The position numbers were made by a program, and so were the translations under genes. 64,000 nucleotides of DNA, taken from positions 128,001 to 192,000 of the forward strand of contig OY970218.1 of assembly GCA_963713975.1 (NCBI GenBank), read 5' to 3'. Of this stretch, positions 33,801-42,351 are shown in pieces; positions within the stretch are counted from its first letter, which is position 1; each line of letters starts with the position of its first letter. The DNA comes from an uncultured Chloroflexia bacterium. Lineage in GTDB: Bacteria; Chloroflexota; Limnocylindria; Limnocylindrales; CSP1-4. The notes below the pieces were generated by a model. It searched no databases, had not been told where the DNA came from, and saw nothing but the letters and a program-made list of their open reading frames with translations.

Positions 33801-34268
33801 GCCCTGGCCCACCTGTTCGCGCGACCGCTCGAGCGGGTCCACCTCGTGGTCAAGCTGCATCCGTCCGAGCGGGACGAGGGGCCATATCGCAGGATCGTGG
33901 AGGGCATGGCCGCCGCGGGCGGGTTCGATCCTCCGCCGATCACGGTGGTGAAGGACGTGGACCTGTATCGCCTCCTCGCCGCCGCCGATGCCCATCTCGG
34001 GATCCATTCGACGGTCCTGACGGAGGCCGTCGTCACCGGCACGCCGAACCTCCTGGCGACCGGCCTCGTGGCAGCAGACCTGCTGGGCTACGTGGATGCG
34101 CGGGTCGCGGTCCCGGTGGAGACGCCGGAGGACCTCGTCACGGCGCTGGACATGCCGCGCTCGCAGATCTCGGAGCCGGCCAACCGGGAGGCCTTCCTGC
34201 GCACCCACTTCGAGCCCGGAGACGCCAGCGCACGGATCGCCAACGACCTCCTGGGATGGCTGGCGTGA
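30840..34268 (+). CDS. Two-domain glycosyltransferase: GT4 plus putative nonulosonic-acid transferase (GT-B)
   Basis: N-terminal YDSRD, YQGKLTTDRG, PQKLWEAIAAGVPVVAS (GT4); C-terminal QHGVI, GSPRLD, VKLHPSE, STVLTEA. Confidence 0.75.
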   Translation: MTSPPRSPAPRPRLAILSHSSGEYDARSLRVARSAVAAGYDVTIYARLHPGLSSVEEHEGFRLVRAEFDWRLAIPGLRAGARRRSAVRTTNAAGLQPRAADPHVGLGGRGAGDEEASAGRGARGGPLLAPMRLGRRVERRFSRRIRRWRSTILMFPLRPMGWAVALESVVEPADVWHGMWAGSLPALKRMRRLHGGRTVYDSRDVYMHSRDFARLEWPLRPILAHLERRWARGADRVLTVNDAYAGLIATQLGVPRPAVVINTPERWTPPVPAPDRIRETTGVPADTLVALYQGKLTTDRGIEQAMEAILQCPGTVLALLGFGEREARLRTLAASAPYQGKVYVLPAVPPSELLAWTASADVMVMPIQPTSRNHELTTPQKLWEAIAAGVPVVASDLPGMADVVRASAIGVVCDPTSPAAIAASIRTVLGQPEAARAAMRAHVLAVAHERYTWERQLATLFGLYEELGFGPVIPPPDDAPASIVAVPGTATQTEGPRLRFLSVAPTGRAPAGDASTTRIVLDTAWTPREEDAAGLVLLRDVVEEIMRRRDLIADAARTLDDWAEASGISSRMVHEGVSFWYGARLGCWMWVLDQILWLGVLDHLLAMHPGTRVLELDAGSDALLVAAARQVAARDGLVLEGAGALAGTGAAGAAVVGKAPSGPGQAPARERGAGGRVRGRGLVGRIRRRLRPSALERQRRLVMARVDALASDPARRLLVVQAHARQQIETPDGPRQLNVYVGPIQERLRGSALDPMEVDIRSALADHGTSARLDGPDGDRYLPSDVLPLVAPGVDDAGSKAAAAAMAEGVAALQIPMMVAGVDLGPALSARVAGRIATTHARSIRDTARIRSLLRRLHPAGILLADEYHRQDWLAAALAESVPVAAVQHGVIYRWHNGYMHRTRPDELRLPGRTYVFGPWERDLLVDTSVYEPAEVVVGGSPRLDHLGPVEPDTAAVREELGIADGDRMVVLSGTWGAMYRRFHYPIALAHLFARPLERVHLVVKLHPSERDEGPYRRIVEGMAAAGGFDPPPITVVKDVDLYRLLAAADAHLGIHSTVLTEAVVTGTPNLLATGLVAADLLGYVDARVAVPVETPEDLVTALDMPRSQISEPANREAFLRTHFEPGDASARIANDLLGWLA

Positions 34269-35998
34269 CGGGCAGCATCCTATTCCTGGTCCCCGCTCGC
34301 GGCGGGAGTCGCCGGGTTCCCGGCAAGAACCTGCGCCCGATCGGCGGCATCCCGCTCGTCGGTCGGGCGGTGCGGACTGGCCTCGCCGCGGCGGCCGCGC
34401 TGGACGGGGGCAGCCACCGGGTCGTGTGCAGCACCGATGACGACGCCATCGGCGTCGCGGCCAGGGCCTGGGGCGCCGACGTCCTCCGCCGTCCCGCCGA
34501 GCTTGCGACGGACCGGGCGACGTCGGCCGCGGTCGCCGTGCACGCGCTCGACGAGCTGGAAGCAACGATGGGCCCGATCACGACACTCGTCCTGCTCCAG
34601 CCGACCTCGCCCCTGACCGATCCGGCGGACGTCATCGCGGCCGTCCGGCGCCACCGCGCCGGCGGGGGCGTCGCGGTGACCTCCACCGTCGCGGCGCACC
34701 CGGGCACGTGGCATCACGGATCCGGGGCCGGTGGGGTCCTGACCCCGGCCGGGGCCGTGGACGGCGAGGACCAGCTGCTCGCCGGTGCCTTCTACGTCGT
34801 CGCGGCCTCCGACCTCCGTCGTGACGGCATGTTCGTGGCCCCCGGACGCACGCTGGGCCATCCGGTGCCCGCTTCCCGCGCCATCGACGTGGACGAGGAA
34901 CTGGACCTGCTGGTCGCCGAGGCCGTCCTCGCCGCCCGGCCCGTCCGGCCAATCCACCTCGGCGAGCGGTCGATCGGTGACGGCCCCGTGTTTGTCATCG
35001 CGGAGGCCGGGGTCAATCACAACGGCGACGTCGCACTGGCACGCCGCCTGATCGATGCCGCGGCCTCGGCCGGCGCCGACGCGGTGAAGTTCCAGACCTT
35101 CGATCCGGATGCACTCGCCGCGGCCGGCGCACCGACCGCCGGGTACCAGCGCCGCGCCGGCGTCGTGGCGACCGACCAGCGCGAGATGCTCGCCGCCCTT
35201 GCGCTGCCCCCGGCAGCCTGGTCGGAACTCCAGGCGCACGCCCGGGCCCGCGACCTCGTGTTCCTGTCCACGCCGTTCGATGACGGGTCGGCGGAGCTGC
35301 TGGACCAGCTGGGTGTGCCCGCGTTCAAGGTCGGGTCGGGGGAGCTCACCAACACGCCGTTCATCACGCGGCTCGCGAGCCGCGGCAGGCCGCTGCTGAT
35401 CTCGACCGGCATGGCGGACATGGTGGAGGTCGCAGCGGCGGTCGATGCGGTCCGCGCCGGTGGGGACGTCCCGCTGGCGCTGTTCCACTGCGTCTCGAGC
35501 TACCCGGCGGCCCCGGAGGACGCGAACCTGCGGGCGATCGAGACCATGCGGCGGGCGTTTGGGGTGCCGGTGGGCTGGTCCGATCACACCCCGGGCACCG
35601 AGCTCTCGCTGGCCGCCATCGCCGCCGGGGCGTCGCTCGTGGAGAAGCACATCACGCTCGACCGGGCCCTGCCAGGCCCCGACCACCAGGCGTCGCTGGA
35701 GCCCGAGGAGTTCGGCGCGATGGTCGCCGGGATCCGGGCCGTCGAGAGGGCCCTGGGTACGGGTGCGAAAGCGCCGGTGCCCGCCGAGCTCGACGTGGCG
35801 AGGGTGGCGAGACGGAGCCTCCACTGGACGGTGTCGATGGACGCCGGCCGGGTCGTCGCCCCGGGCGATGTCGCGATCCTTCGCCCCGGAACGGGGATGG
35901 CCCCGGCACGCCTGGACGAGGTCGTCGGGCGACGCACCGCCCGCGCAGTGATGGCCGGGACCGCCGTCGCGCCGCGCGACGTCGAGGGCGGCTCGTGA
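34265..35998 (+). CDS. Fused CMP-nonulosonate synthetase (NeuA) and nonulosonate synthase (NeuB)
   Basis: VPARGGSRRVPGKN, LLQPTSPL, IDVD, then in the same frame IAEAGVNHNGD, AVKFQTF, STPFD, HCVSSYP, SDHT, EKHITLDR, GPDHQASL and a SAF domain. Confidence 0.9.
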   Translation: MTGSILFLVPARGGSRRVPGKNLRPIGGIPLVGRAVRTGLAAAAALDGGSHRVVCSTDDDAIGVAARAWGADVLRRPAELATDRATSAAVAVHALDELEATMGPITTLVLLQPTSPLTDPADVIAAVRRHRAGGGVAVTSTVAAHPGTWHHGSGAGGVLTPAGAVDGEDQLLAGAFYVVAASDLRRDGMFVAPGRTLGHPVPASRAIDVDEELDLLVAEAVLAARPVRPIHLGERSIGDGPVFVIAEAGVNHNGDVALARRLIDAAASAGADAVKFQTFDPDALAAAGAPTAGYQRRAGVVATDQREMLAALALPPAAWSELQAHARARDLVFLSTPFDDGSAELLDQLGVPAFKVGSGELTNTPFITRLASRGRPLLISTGMADMVEVAAAVDAVRAGGDVPLALFHCVSSYPAAPEDANLRAIETMRRAFGVPVGWSDHTPGTELSLAAIAAGASLVEKHITLDRALPGPDHQASLEPEEFGAMVAGIRAVERALGTGAKAPVPAELDVARVARRSLHWTVSMDAGRVVAPGDVAILRPGTGMAPARLDEVVGRRTARAVMAGTAVAPRDVEGGS

Positions 35999-37182
35999 TA
36001 TTCGCCACGCCTGGCCCGTTGGCAGCGCGGACCATCGCCGTGCTCACGACCGGCCGTCAGGACTGGGGCATCCTGCGCTCACCGTGCGCCGCGATCCGCG
36101 CGGAAGGCGGCCTCGCCCTGGTCCTTGCGGCCGGAGGGATGCACCTGTCGCCTGCCCACGGCCACACCGTCGATGGGATCCGGGCAGACGGCTTCGAGCT
36201 CGATGCCGAGCTGGCGTGGCTGCCGAAGGATGACGGGGCGCCGGACCCGGAGCCCGAGATGCAGGCCGCGCATGCGCTCGAGGCGGTCGGTGGCTGGCTG
36301 CGCCGGACCCGCCCGGACGCGCTCCTGCTCGTCGGCGACCGGCTGGAGACGGCCGCGGCCGCGCTGGGGGCGACGGTCACCGGCGTGCCGCTGGTGCACC
36401 TGCACGGGGGCGAGCAGACGCTCGGTGCCTTCGATGACGCGCTGCGCCACGCGATCACGAAGCTCACCCACCTCCACCTCGTCAGCCACGAGGAGCATGC
36501 CCGGCGGGTGATCGCGATGGGCGAGGACCCGGCAAGCGTTCATGTGGTCGGCGCCCCGGGCCTCGACAACCTCTTCCGGTCGGACCTGCCCGGCCGCCAC
36601 GACCTGGAGGTCATCGCCGGGATCGCGCTCGAGCCGCCGGTCGTCGTGGTCACGGTCCATCCCGAGACGCTGGGTGCAGACCCCGCCGGGGCGGCACGGG
36701 CGGTCGCTTCGGCGATGGACCTCGTGGCGGCCACGTACGTCGTCACGCTCCCGAACGTGGACCCCGGCGGCTCCACCGTGACGGACGTCATGCGCCGGGC
36801 GGTCGCGGCCGGACCGCGTCGGGTCGCCGTGCCGGCGCTGGGCGACCGTGCCTACTGGGGGCTGCTCCGACAGGCCGATGCGATGCTGGGCAACAGCTCG
36901 AGCGGGCTGATCGAGGCTCCCGCCGTCGGCCTGCCCGTGATCAACGTCGGCGACCGCCAGGCGGGCCGACGCAGGGAGCCAAACGTGCTGGACGTGCCCG
37001 CCGACGGACCCGCCGCCGCGGCGGCGCTCCACCGCGGCCTCGACCCGGCGTTCCGCACGTCCCTGCCACCCCTGGACCCGCGCCTGGTCGACGGGCGCGC
37101 CGGCGAGCGGGTGGCCCGTATCATCGCTGCATGGCAACCCCCGCACCCCCCGCGCAAGCCAGCCGTGCGGATCGACCCGTGA
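35995..37182 (+). CDS. neuC: Hydrolysing NDP-GlcNAc/bacillosamine 2-epimerase (NeuC/LegG)
   Basis: TTGRQDWGIL, GMHLSP, GDRLE, HLHGGE, RHAITKL, GNSSSG. Confidence 0.92.
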   Translation: MIFATPGPLAARTIAVLTTGRQDWGILRSPCAAIRAEGGLALVLAAGGMHLSPAHGHTVDGIRADGFELDAELAWLPKDDGAPDPEPEMQAAHALEAVGGWLRRTRPDALLLVGDRLETAAAALGATVTGVPLVHLHGGEQTLGAFDDALRHAITKLTHLHLVSHEEHARRVIAMGEDPASVHVVGAPGLDNLFRSDLPGRHDLEVIAGIALEPPVVVVTVHPETLGADPAGAARAVASAMDLVAATYVVTLPNVDPGGSTVTDVMRRAVAAGPRRVAVPALGDRAYWGLLRQADAMLGNSSSGLIEAPAVGLPVINVGDRQAGRRREPNVLDVPADGPAAAAALHRGLDPAFRTSLPPLDPRLVDGRAGERVARIIAAWQPPHPPRKPAVRIDP

Positions 37183-37871
37183 GCCGACCCCTCGTGATCG
37201 CCGGGGTGGGCGAGCACGCGGCGGTCGTGGCTGATGCCGCCGCGGCGGCCGGCTGGCGGCCGATCGGCTGGATCGGACCGGGCGCGGGACGTGGCGCGGA
37301 ACCAGGCGAGGATCCCGGCGCGGGCCGCGACCCCGGCCTTCCGTGGCTCGGGACCGACGAGCAGTTCGCCGCCCGGCTCGCCGCGACGGATCCGGCGGAT
37401 CGGCCCGCACTGGTCCTGGGCTTTGGCGGCCCGGCCGCCACCCGGAGACGTGCGGCCGAGGTTCTCGGCTCCGCGGCGACCTGGGCCACGATCGTCCATC
37501 CGGCCGCCTGGGTCTCGCCCAGCGCCGTGCTCGGGCCCGGCACCGTCGTGCTGGCCGGGGCGATCGTCAACACCGGCGCGGTGGTCGGCGTCCATGCCAT
37601 CGTCAACTCAGGCGCCGTCATCGAACACCACGTCCGCGTCGGGGATCACGCCCACGTCGCTCCGGGCGCGGCGGTCGGCGGCGGGGCAGCCATCGGCGAG
37701 GATGCGCTCATCGGCCTCAACGCCGCCATCCGGGATCACGTCTCCATCGGCGCCGGGAGCACCGTCGGCATGGGGGCAGCGGTCGTCTCGGACGTCCCAC
37801 CGGGCGTGGTGGTCACCGGCGTCCCGGCGAGCGTCGCCACCCCGACCATGGAACGGACGTCGCATGGCTGA
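37179..37871 (+). CDS. neuD: NeuD/PglD-type hexapeptide acetyltransferase
   Basis: GVGEHA, IVHPAA, IVNSGAVIEHH, left-handed beta-helix repeats, GVPA. Confidence 0.88.
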   Translation: MSRPLVIAGVGEHAAVVADAAAAAGWRPIGWIGPGAGRGAEPGEDPGAGRDPGLPWLGTDEQFAARLAATDPADRPALVLGFGGPAATRRRAAEVLGSAATWATIVHPAAWVSPSAVLGPGTVVLAGAIVNTGAVVGVHAIVNSGAVIEHHVRVGDHAHVAPGAAVGGGAAIGEDALIGLNAAIRDHVSIGAGSTVGMGAAVVSDVPPGVVVTGVPASVATPTMERTSHG

Positions 37872-38901
37872 GAACCTCCAGGGCTGCATCGTCCCTGCCT
37901 CGGGGACCGTCCGCGATGCCCTGGCCGCCGTGGACCGTGGCGCCGCCGGGATCGCGCTGGCGGTCGACGGGACCGGCAGGCTGGTGGGTGTCGCGACCGA
38001 CGGTGACCTGCGTCGGGCGCTGCTGCGGGGGGCCGAGCTCTCGGCGCCGCTGCTGCCGGTGCTGAACAGCCACTTCGTCGCGCTCGGGCGCAACCAGGCC
38101 CGCGCCGACGTCCTCGACCAGATGGTCGCTCGCCACATCGACGCCGTGCCCGTGGTCGACGGCGACGGGCGTCCGGTGGCCCTGCACCTGCTGCACGCGT
38201 TCCTGGAGCCCGTGTCACGCAGGAACTGGGCCGTGGTCATGGCGGGCGGCCGGGGCGCGCGGCTGCGGCCCCTGACGGACACCGTCCCCAAGCCGATGCT
38301 CCGGGTCGCGGGCCGGCCGATCCTCGAGCGGATCGTCCTGCACCTCGCGGGCCACGGCATCCACCGGATCTTCCTGTCCGTGAACTACCTCGCACCCGTG
38401 ATCGAGGACCACTTCGGCGACGGGCGGACGCTCGGCGTCGAGATCGAGTATCTCCGCGAGGAGGAGCCCCTGGGAACCGCGGGCGCCCTCGGCCTCCTTC
38501 GAGAGGCTCCGGACCGGACCATGGTCGTGCTCAACGGCGACCTCGTCACGTCGGTCGACATCGCTGGCCTGATCGGGCTCCACGAGCAGGGAGGGTTCGC
38601 CGCCACCGTCGGCACCCGCCGCTACGTCCACACGGTCCCGTTCGGATGTGTCGAGCGCGACGGCGACCGGATCGTGGGGCTCGAGGAGAAGCCGGCGATC
38701 CACCGCGAGGTCAACACGGGCATCTATGCGCTGGCCCCGCATGTCGTGGGCCTGGTGTCGTCCGGAGAGGCGATCACCATGCCGGAGCTTGTCGGCCGGG
38801 TGCTCGGACGCGGGGAGCCGGTTGGCGCCTTCGAGGTCGAGGACGACTGGGTGGATATCGGGCACCGGGACCAGCTGGCTCGTGCACGGGAGGGCGGCTG
38901 A
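37864..38901 (+). CDS. CBS-domain nucleotidyltransferase (PtmE/LegX-like)
   Basis: CBS pair (TDGDLRR), MAGGRGARLRPLTDTVPKPML, PLGTAG, NGDLVT. Confidence 0.9.
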   Translation: MAENLQGCIVPASGTVRDALAAVDRGAAGIALAVDGTGRLVGVATDGDLRRALLRGAELSAPLLPVLNSHFVALGRNQARADVLDQMVARHIDAVPVVDGDGRPVALHLLHAFLEPVSRRNWAVVMAGGRGARLRPLTDTVPKPMLRVAGRPILERIVLHLAGHGIHRIFLSVNYLAPVIEDHFGDGRTLGVEIEYLREEEPLGTAGALGLLREAPDRTMVVLNGDLVTSVDIAGLIGLHEQGGFAATVGTRRYVHTVPFGCVERDGDRIVGLEEKPAIHREVNTGIYALAPHVVGLVSSGEAITMPELVGRVLGRGEPVGAFEVEDDWVDIGHRDQLARAREGG

Positions 38902-39896
38902 TGAGCCTGCGAGGCGTTCGGGCACTGGTCACGGGGGCGGACGGCTTCATCGGGAGCCACCTCGTCGAGCGGCTCGTGGAAGAGGGTGCGGACGTCCGCG
39001 CATTCTGCGTCTACAACTCGCGAGGCTCGGCCGGGTGGCTGGACGAGTCCGCCACAACGACCCGCGCCGCCCTGGACATCCGCCTCGGCGACGTCCGCGA
39101 CGCCGGGTTCGTGGAACAGGCGATGGACGGGGTCGAGATCGTGTTCCACCTCGCCGCCCTGATCGCGATCCCCTACTCCTACATCGCCGCCGAGTCCTTC
39201 GTCGACACGAACATCCACGGCACGCGCAACGTCCTCGAGGGTGCCCGGAGCGCGGGCGTCGGCCGCGTCATCGTGACCTCCACCTCCGAGGTCTACGGGA
39301 CGCCGGACGAGCTGCCGATCCGCGAGACGCACCCGCTCAACGCCCAATCGCCGTACGCAGCGACGAAGGTCGCCGCGGACCAGCTGGCCCTCGCCTTCCA
39401 CCGCAGCTACGAGATGCCAGTGGTGGTCCTCCGGCCGTTCAACACTTACGGCCCGCGCCAGTCCGACCGCGCCGTCCTGCCGACGATGATCCGGCAGCTG
39501 CTTGCAGGCCGGGACGAGATCCGGCTGGGGCGCCTGGACACCCGTCGGGACCTCACGTTCGTCGGGGACACCGTCGATGGCTTCGTCCGCGCCGCCACGA
39601 CACCTGGGATCGAGGGGCGGACGATCCAGCTTGGAACCGGACGCTCCGAGACCATCGGCGACCTGTTCGAGATCGCCCGCCGGCTCACCGGCAGCGACGC
39701 CCGGGTGGTCCAGGACGCGGACCGGCTGCGACCCGACGGGAGCGAGGTGCTCGCGCTCCTCTCCGATCCGTCCCTCGCACGTGATGTCCTGGGCTGGGAG
39801 GCAGGAACCGGCCTCGAGGAGGGCATCGCGGCCACCATCGACTGGATGCGGACCCAGCCGGCGCCGTCGACGGATGTCGCCCATGCTCAGCTCTGA
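38901..39896 (+). CDS. legB: NAD-dependent 4,6-dehydratase (LegB-like)
   Basis: VTGADGFIGSHL, HLAALIAIPYSY, TSTSEVYG, QSPYAATK, RPFNTYGPRQS. Confidence 0.88.
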   Translation: MSLRGVRALVTGADGFIGSHLVERLVEEGADVRAFCVYNSRGSAGWLDESATTTRAALDIRLGDVRDAGFVEQAMDGVEIVFHLAALIAIPYSYIAAESFVDTNIHGTRNVLEGARSAGVGRVIVTSTSEVYGTPDELPIRETHPLNAQSPYAATKVAADQLALAFHRSYEMPVVVLRPFNTYGPRQSDRAVLPTMIRQLLAGRDEIRLGRLDTRRDLTFVGDTVDGFVRAATTPGIEGRTIQLGTGRSETIGDLFEIARRLTGSDARVVQDADRLRPDGSEVLALLSDPSLARDVLGWEAGTGLEEGIAATIDWMRTQPAPSTDVAHAQL

Positions 39897-41037
39897 GCCG
39901 CGGATCCCCCTCGCCGAACCAAGCATCGGCGGCAACGCCCGCGACTACCTCCTGGAGTGCCTGGAGACCAACTTCGTGTCCTCGGTCGGGCCGTTCGTGG
40001 GACGGTTCGAGGAGGCCTTCGCGGCGGCGGTTGGAGCGCGGCACGCCGTGGCCTGTGCCTCGGGAACGGCCGCCATCCACCTGGCCCTCCGGGTGCTGGA
40101 CGTGGGTCCTGGCGCCGAGGTCATGGTCCCCACGCTGACCTTCGTGGCATCCGCGAACCCTATCCAGTACGTGGGCGCGACGCCCGTGTTCGTGGACTCG
40201 GAGGCAGACACGTACAACCTCGACCCGGCCCTGGTGGCCGAGGAGCTGGACCGCCGTGCCCGCACGGGGCAACGCCAGCCGGCCGCCATCGAGGTCGTCC
40301 ACCTGCTGGGCCACCCGGCCGACATCGCCCCGGTGATGGAGGCCGCCGCCCGCTACGAGATTCCCGTGTTCGAGGACGCATCCGAGGCGCTGGGCGCTTC
40401 CTACACCGGCGGCCCGTACGCGGACCGACAGGTGGGAACCATCGGCCGGATGGGCTGCTTCTCGTTCAATGGCAACAAGCTGATCACAACCGGTGGCGGC
40501 GGGATGCTGGTCACCGATGACGAGGCGCTCGCCCGACGGGCGCGTCATCTCTCGACGCAGGCGCGGCTGCCGGGCCGTGCTTACGATCATGACGAGGTGG
40601 GCTACAATTACCGGCTCACGAATGTCGCGGCCGCGCTCGGCCTGGCCCAGCTCGAGGAGCTTGACGACCTGCTGGGCGGGCGGCGGGCGAATGCCGCGGC
40701 CTACGACGCCGGGATCGACGGGCTGCCATGGCTGCGTCCTGCGCCGCGCGCCCAATGGGCGGACCCCTCGTTCTGGCTCTACACGTGTGCGGTGGGCCCC
40801 GAGGGAGGCCCGGGAACCAGGGACCGGGTGCTCGACTCGCTGACGGCCGCCGGGATCGATGCCCGTCCCATCTGGACTCCGCTCCATCGGACCCGCCTGT
40901 GGCGTGATGCACCCCGCATCGGGGGGACGGTTGCCGACGCCATCTTCGAGGTTGCCTTCAGCCTCCCGTCGTCATCCAGCCTGGACGACGCTCGACGCAC
41001 CCGGGTGATCGCCGGACTCGTGGCCGCGGCCGCCTGA
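39883..41037 (+). CDS. legC: DegT/DnrJ PLP aminotransferase (LegC-like)
   Basis: FVSSVGPFV, SGTAAIH, TFVASAN, EDASEALG, SFNGNKLITTGGGG, GYNYRL. Confidence 0.88.
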   Translation: MLSSEPRIPLAEPSIGGNARDYLLECLETNFVSSVGPFVGRFEEAFAAAVGARHAVACASGTAAIHLALRVLDVGPGAEVMVPTLTFVASANPIQYVGATPVFVDSEADTYNLDPALVAEELDRRARTGQRQPAAIEVVHLLGHPADIAPVMEAAARYEIPVFEDASEALGASYTGGPYADRQVGTIGRMGCFSFNGNKLITTGGGGMLVTDDEALARRARHLSTQARLPGRAYDHDEVGYNYRLTNVAAALGLAQLEELDDLLGGRRANAAAYDAGIDGLPWLRPAPRAQWADPSFWLYTCAVGPEGGPGTRDRVLDSLTAAGIDARPIWTPLHRTRLWRDAPRIGGTVADAIFEVAFSLPSSSSLDDARRTRVIAGLVAAAA

Positions 41038-41064
41038 CCGGCGTTCGCCGCAGCGGCCAACCGC

Positions 41065-42291
41065 TCAACCGGCGGATCGCGCCCCGCTCCTGGGCCAGCG
41101 TGCGACCAGCACGCGTCGGCGGGCCGCGAGCCACAGCAGGGCGCCCGCGGCGATCCTGCCGCCACGGCCCCGGAACCGGCGCACGAGCCGCACGGCCATC
41201 CGCGGCACCCGCCCTCGCCCGAGATGGCGGTTGCGGTCGTCCCCGGGCCGGAGCAGCGGATCCGCCATCCTCCAGTACGCCGCCTTGGCCGAGCCCGGCA
41301 CGCGATCCCAGCGTGCGAGCGGCGGCCAGAACACGCGCTCGACGAGCGCCGCCGAGCCGTTGACCACATCGGCCGGCGCCGCCGCGATGAAGTCGCCGAG
41401 CGCCGTGAACAGGCGTCCCGTGCCCGGATCGGAGGCGTCGAGCGCCCGCGTCACGGGTCCCGCGAAGTCCGCACGCACCAGCCGGTCGAAGTAGCCCACC
41501 CGGATGACCTGGCGGGAAGCCTCGTCCGGGTACACGAGCGCCGCCTCGTCGCACACCGTCCGAAGCGCACCGACTGCGACGTCCACTGCGTCCGCCGCGC
41601 GTGCTGCGGAGGCGTGCTTGTCGGCCGTGATCGTCGACACGCGTTCGCCCGGGGCGGGCCTCGTCCACTCGTAGACCGTGTCGCCGATCACCTCGACGCG
41701 GTCTCGGGCACGCAGCAGCGCCCTGAGCGTCCACGGCTGATCGCCGAGCACCCTGCCCTCGAAGGTCAGCCCTTCGATGATGGAGCGATGGAAGAGCTTG
41801 CCCGTCCCGGAGGCGTAGAACAACAGCCCGGGATTGCGGACCAGCGACTTCCGCCCGGGATCCCGGATGTCGGGCTGGTCGTACAGGGTCGTGATCCACG
41901 TGTGCTCGCCGTCCGACCACACACGCTGGCCAATCACGGCGAGCGCGTCCGTCGCCCGTGCTGCCTGGACCAGGGCGGTGAGGCCCCCCGGCATCATCCG
42001 GTCATCGCTGTCCAGGAAGGTCAGCCATTCGCCCCGGATCAGCGGCAGCCCGAGATTGCGAGCCGCGGACGCCCCCCCGTTCTCTGGAGCGCGGACCAGG
42101 ACAACGCGCGGGTCGCGACCGGCGATCTCCTCCACGACGTCCGCCGTCCCGTCCGGCGACGCGTCGTCCACCACCACACATCGGACGTCGACCTCCGCCT
42201 CGTCCAGCACCGACGCGAGGGCCCGCACGATCGTGCCGGCAGCGTTCCAGCATGGGATGAGGACAGTGACCTGGGGTTCGGGATCGGCCAA
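41065..42291 (-). CDS. GT2 family glycosyltransferase
   Basis: VLIPCWN, VVDDASPD, NGGASAARNLG, FLDSDD. Confidence 0.88.
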   Translation of the reverse strand: MADPEPQVTVLIPCWNAAGTIVRALASVLDEAEVDVRCVVVDDASPDGTADVVEEIAGRDPRVVLVRAPENGGASAARNLGLPLIRGEWLTFLDSDDRMMPGGLTALVQAARATDALAVIGQRVWSDGEHTWITTLYDQPDIRDPGRKSLVRNPGLLFYASGTGKLFHRSIIEGLTFEGRVLGDQPWTLRALLRARDRVEVIGDTVYEWTRPAPGERVSTITADKHASAARAADAVDVAVGALRTVCDEAALVYPDEASRQVIRVGYFDRLVRADFAGPVTRALDASDPGTGRLFTALGDFIAAAPADVVNGSAALVERVFWPPLARWDRVPGSAKAAYWRMADPLLRPGDDRNRHLGRGRVPRMAVRLVRRFRGRGGRIAAGALLWLAARRRVLVARWPRSGARSAG

Positions 42292-42351
42292 CGGAGCTGC
42301 CCTCGATTGATGACGGATACGTGAGGATACGCTCTGTCCGGTCGACCACGA

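Noticed and set aside
32411-34264. 1195-aa version of the NeuA-NeuB ORF
   Set aside because: The upstream extension overlaps the glycosyltransferase in another frame; the likely start is the GTG at 34265 overlapping its stop.
29650-42300. Integrated genomic island at tRNA-His
   Set aside because: No integrase and no duplicated tRNA 3' end (att site) were seen.
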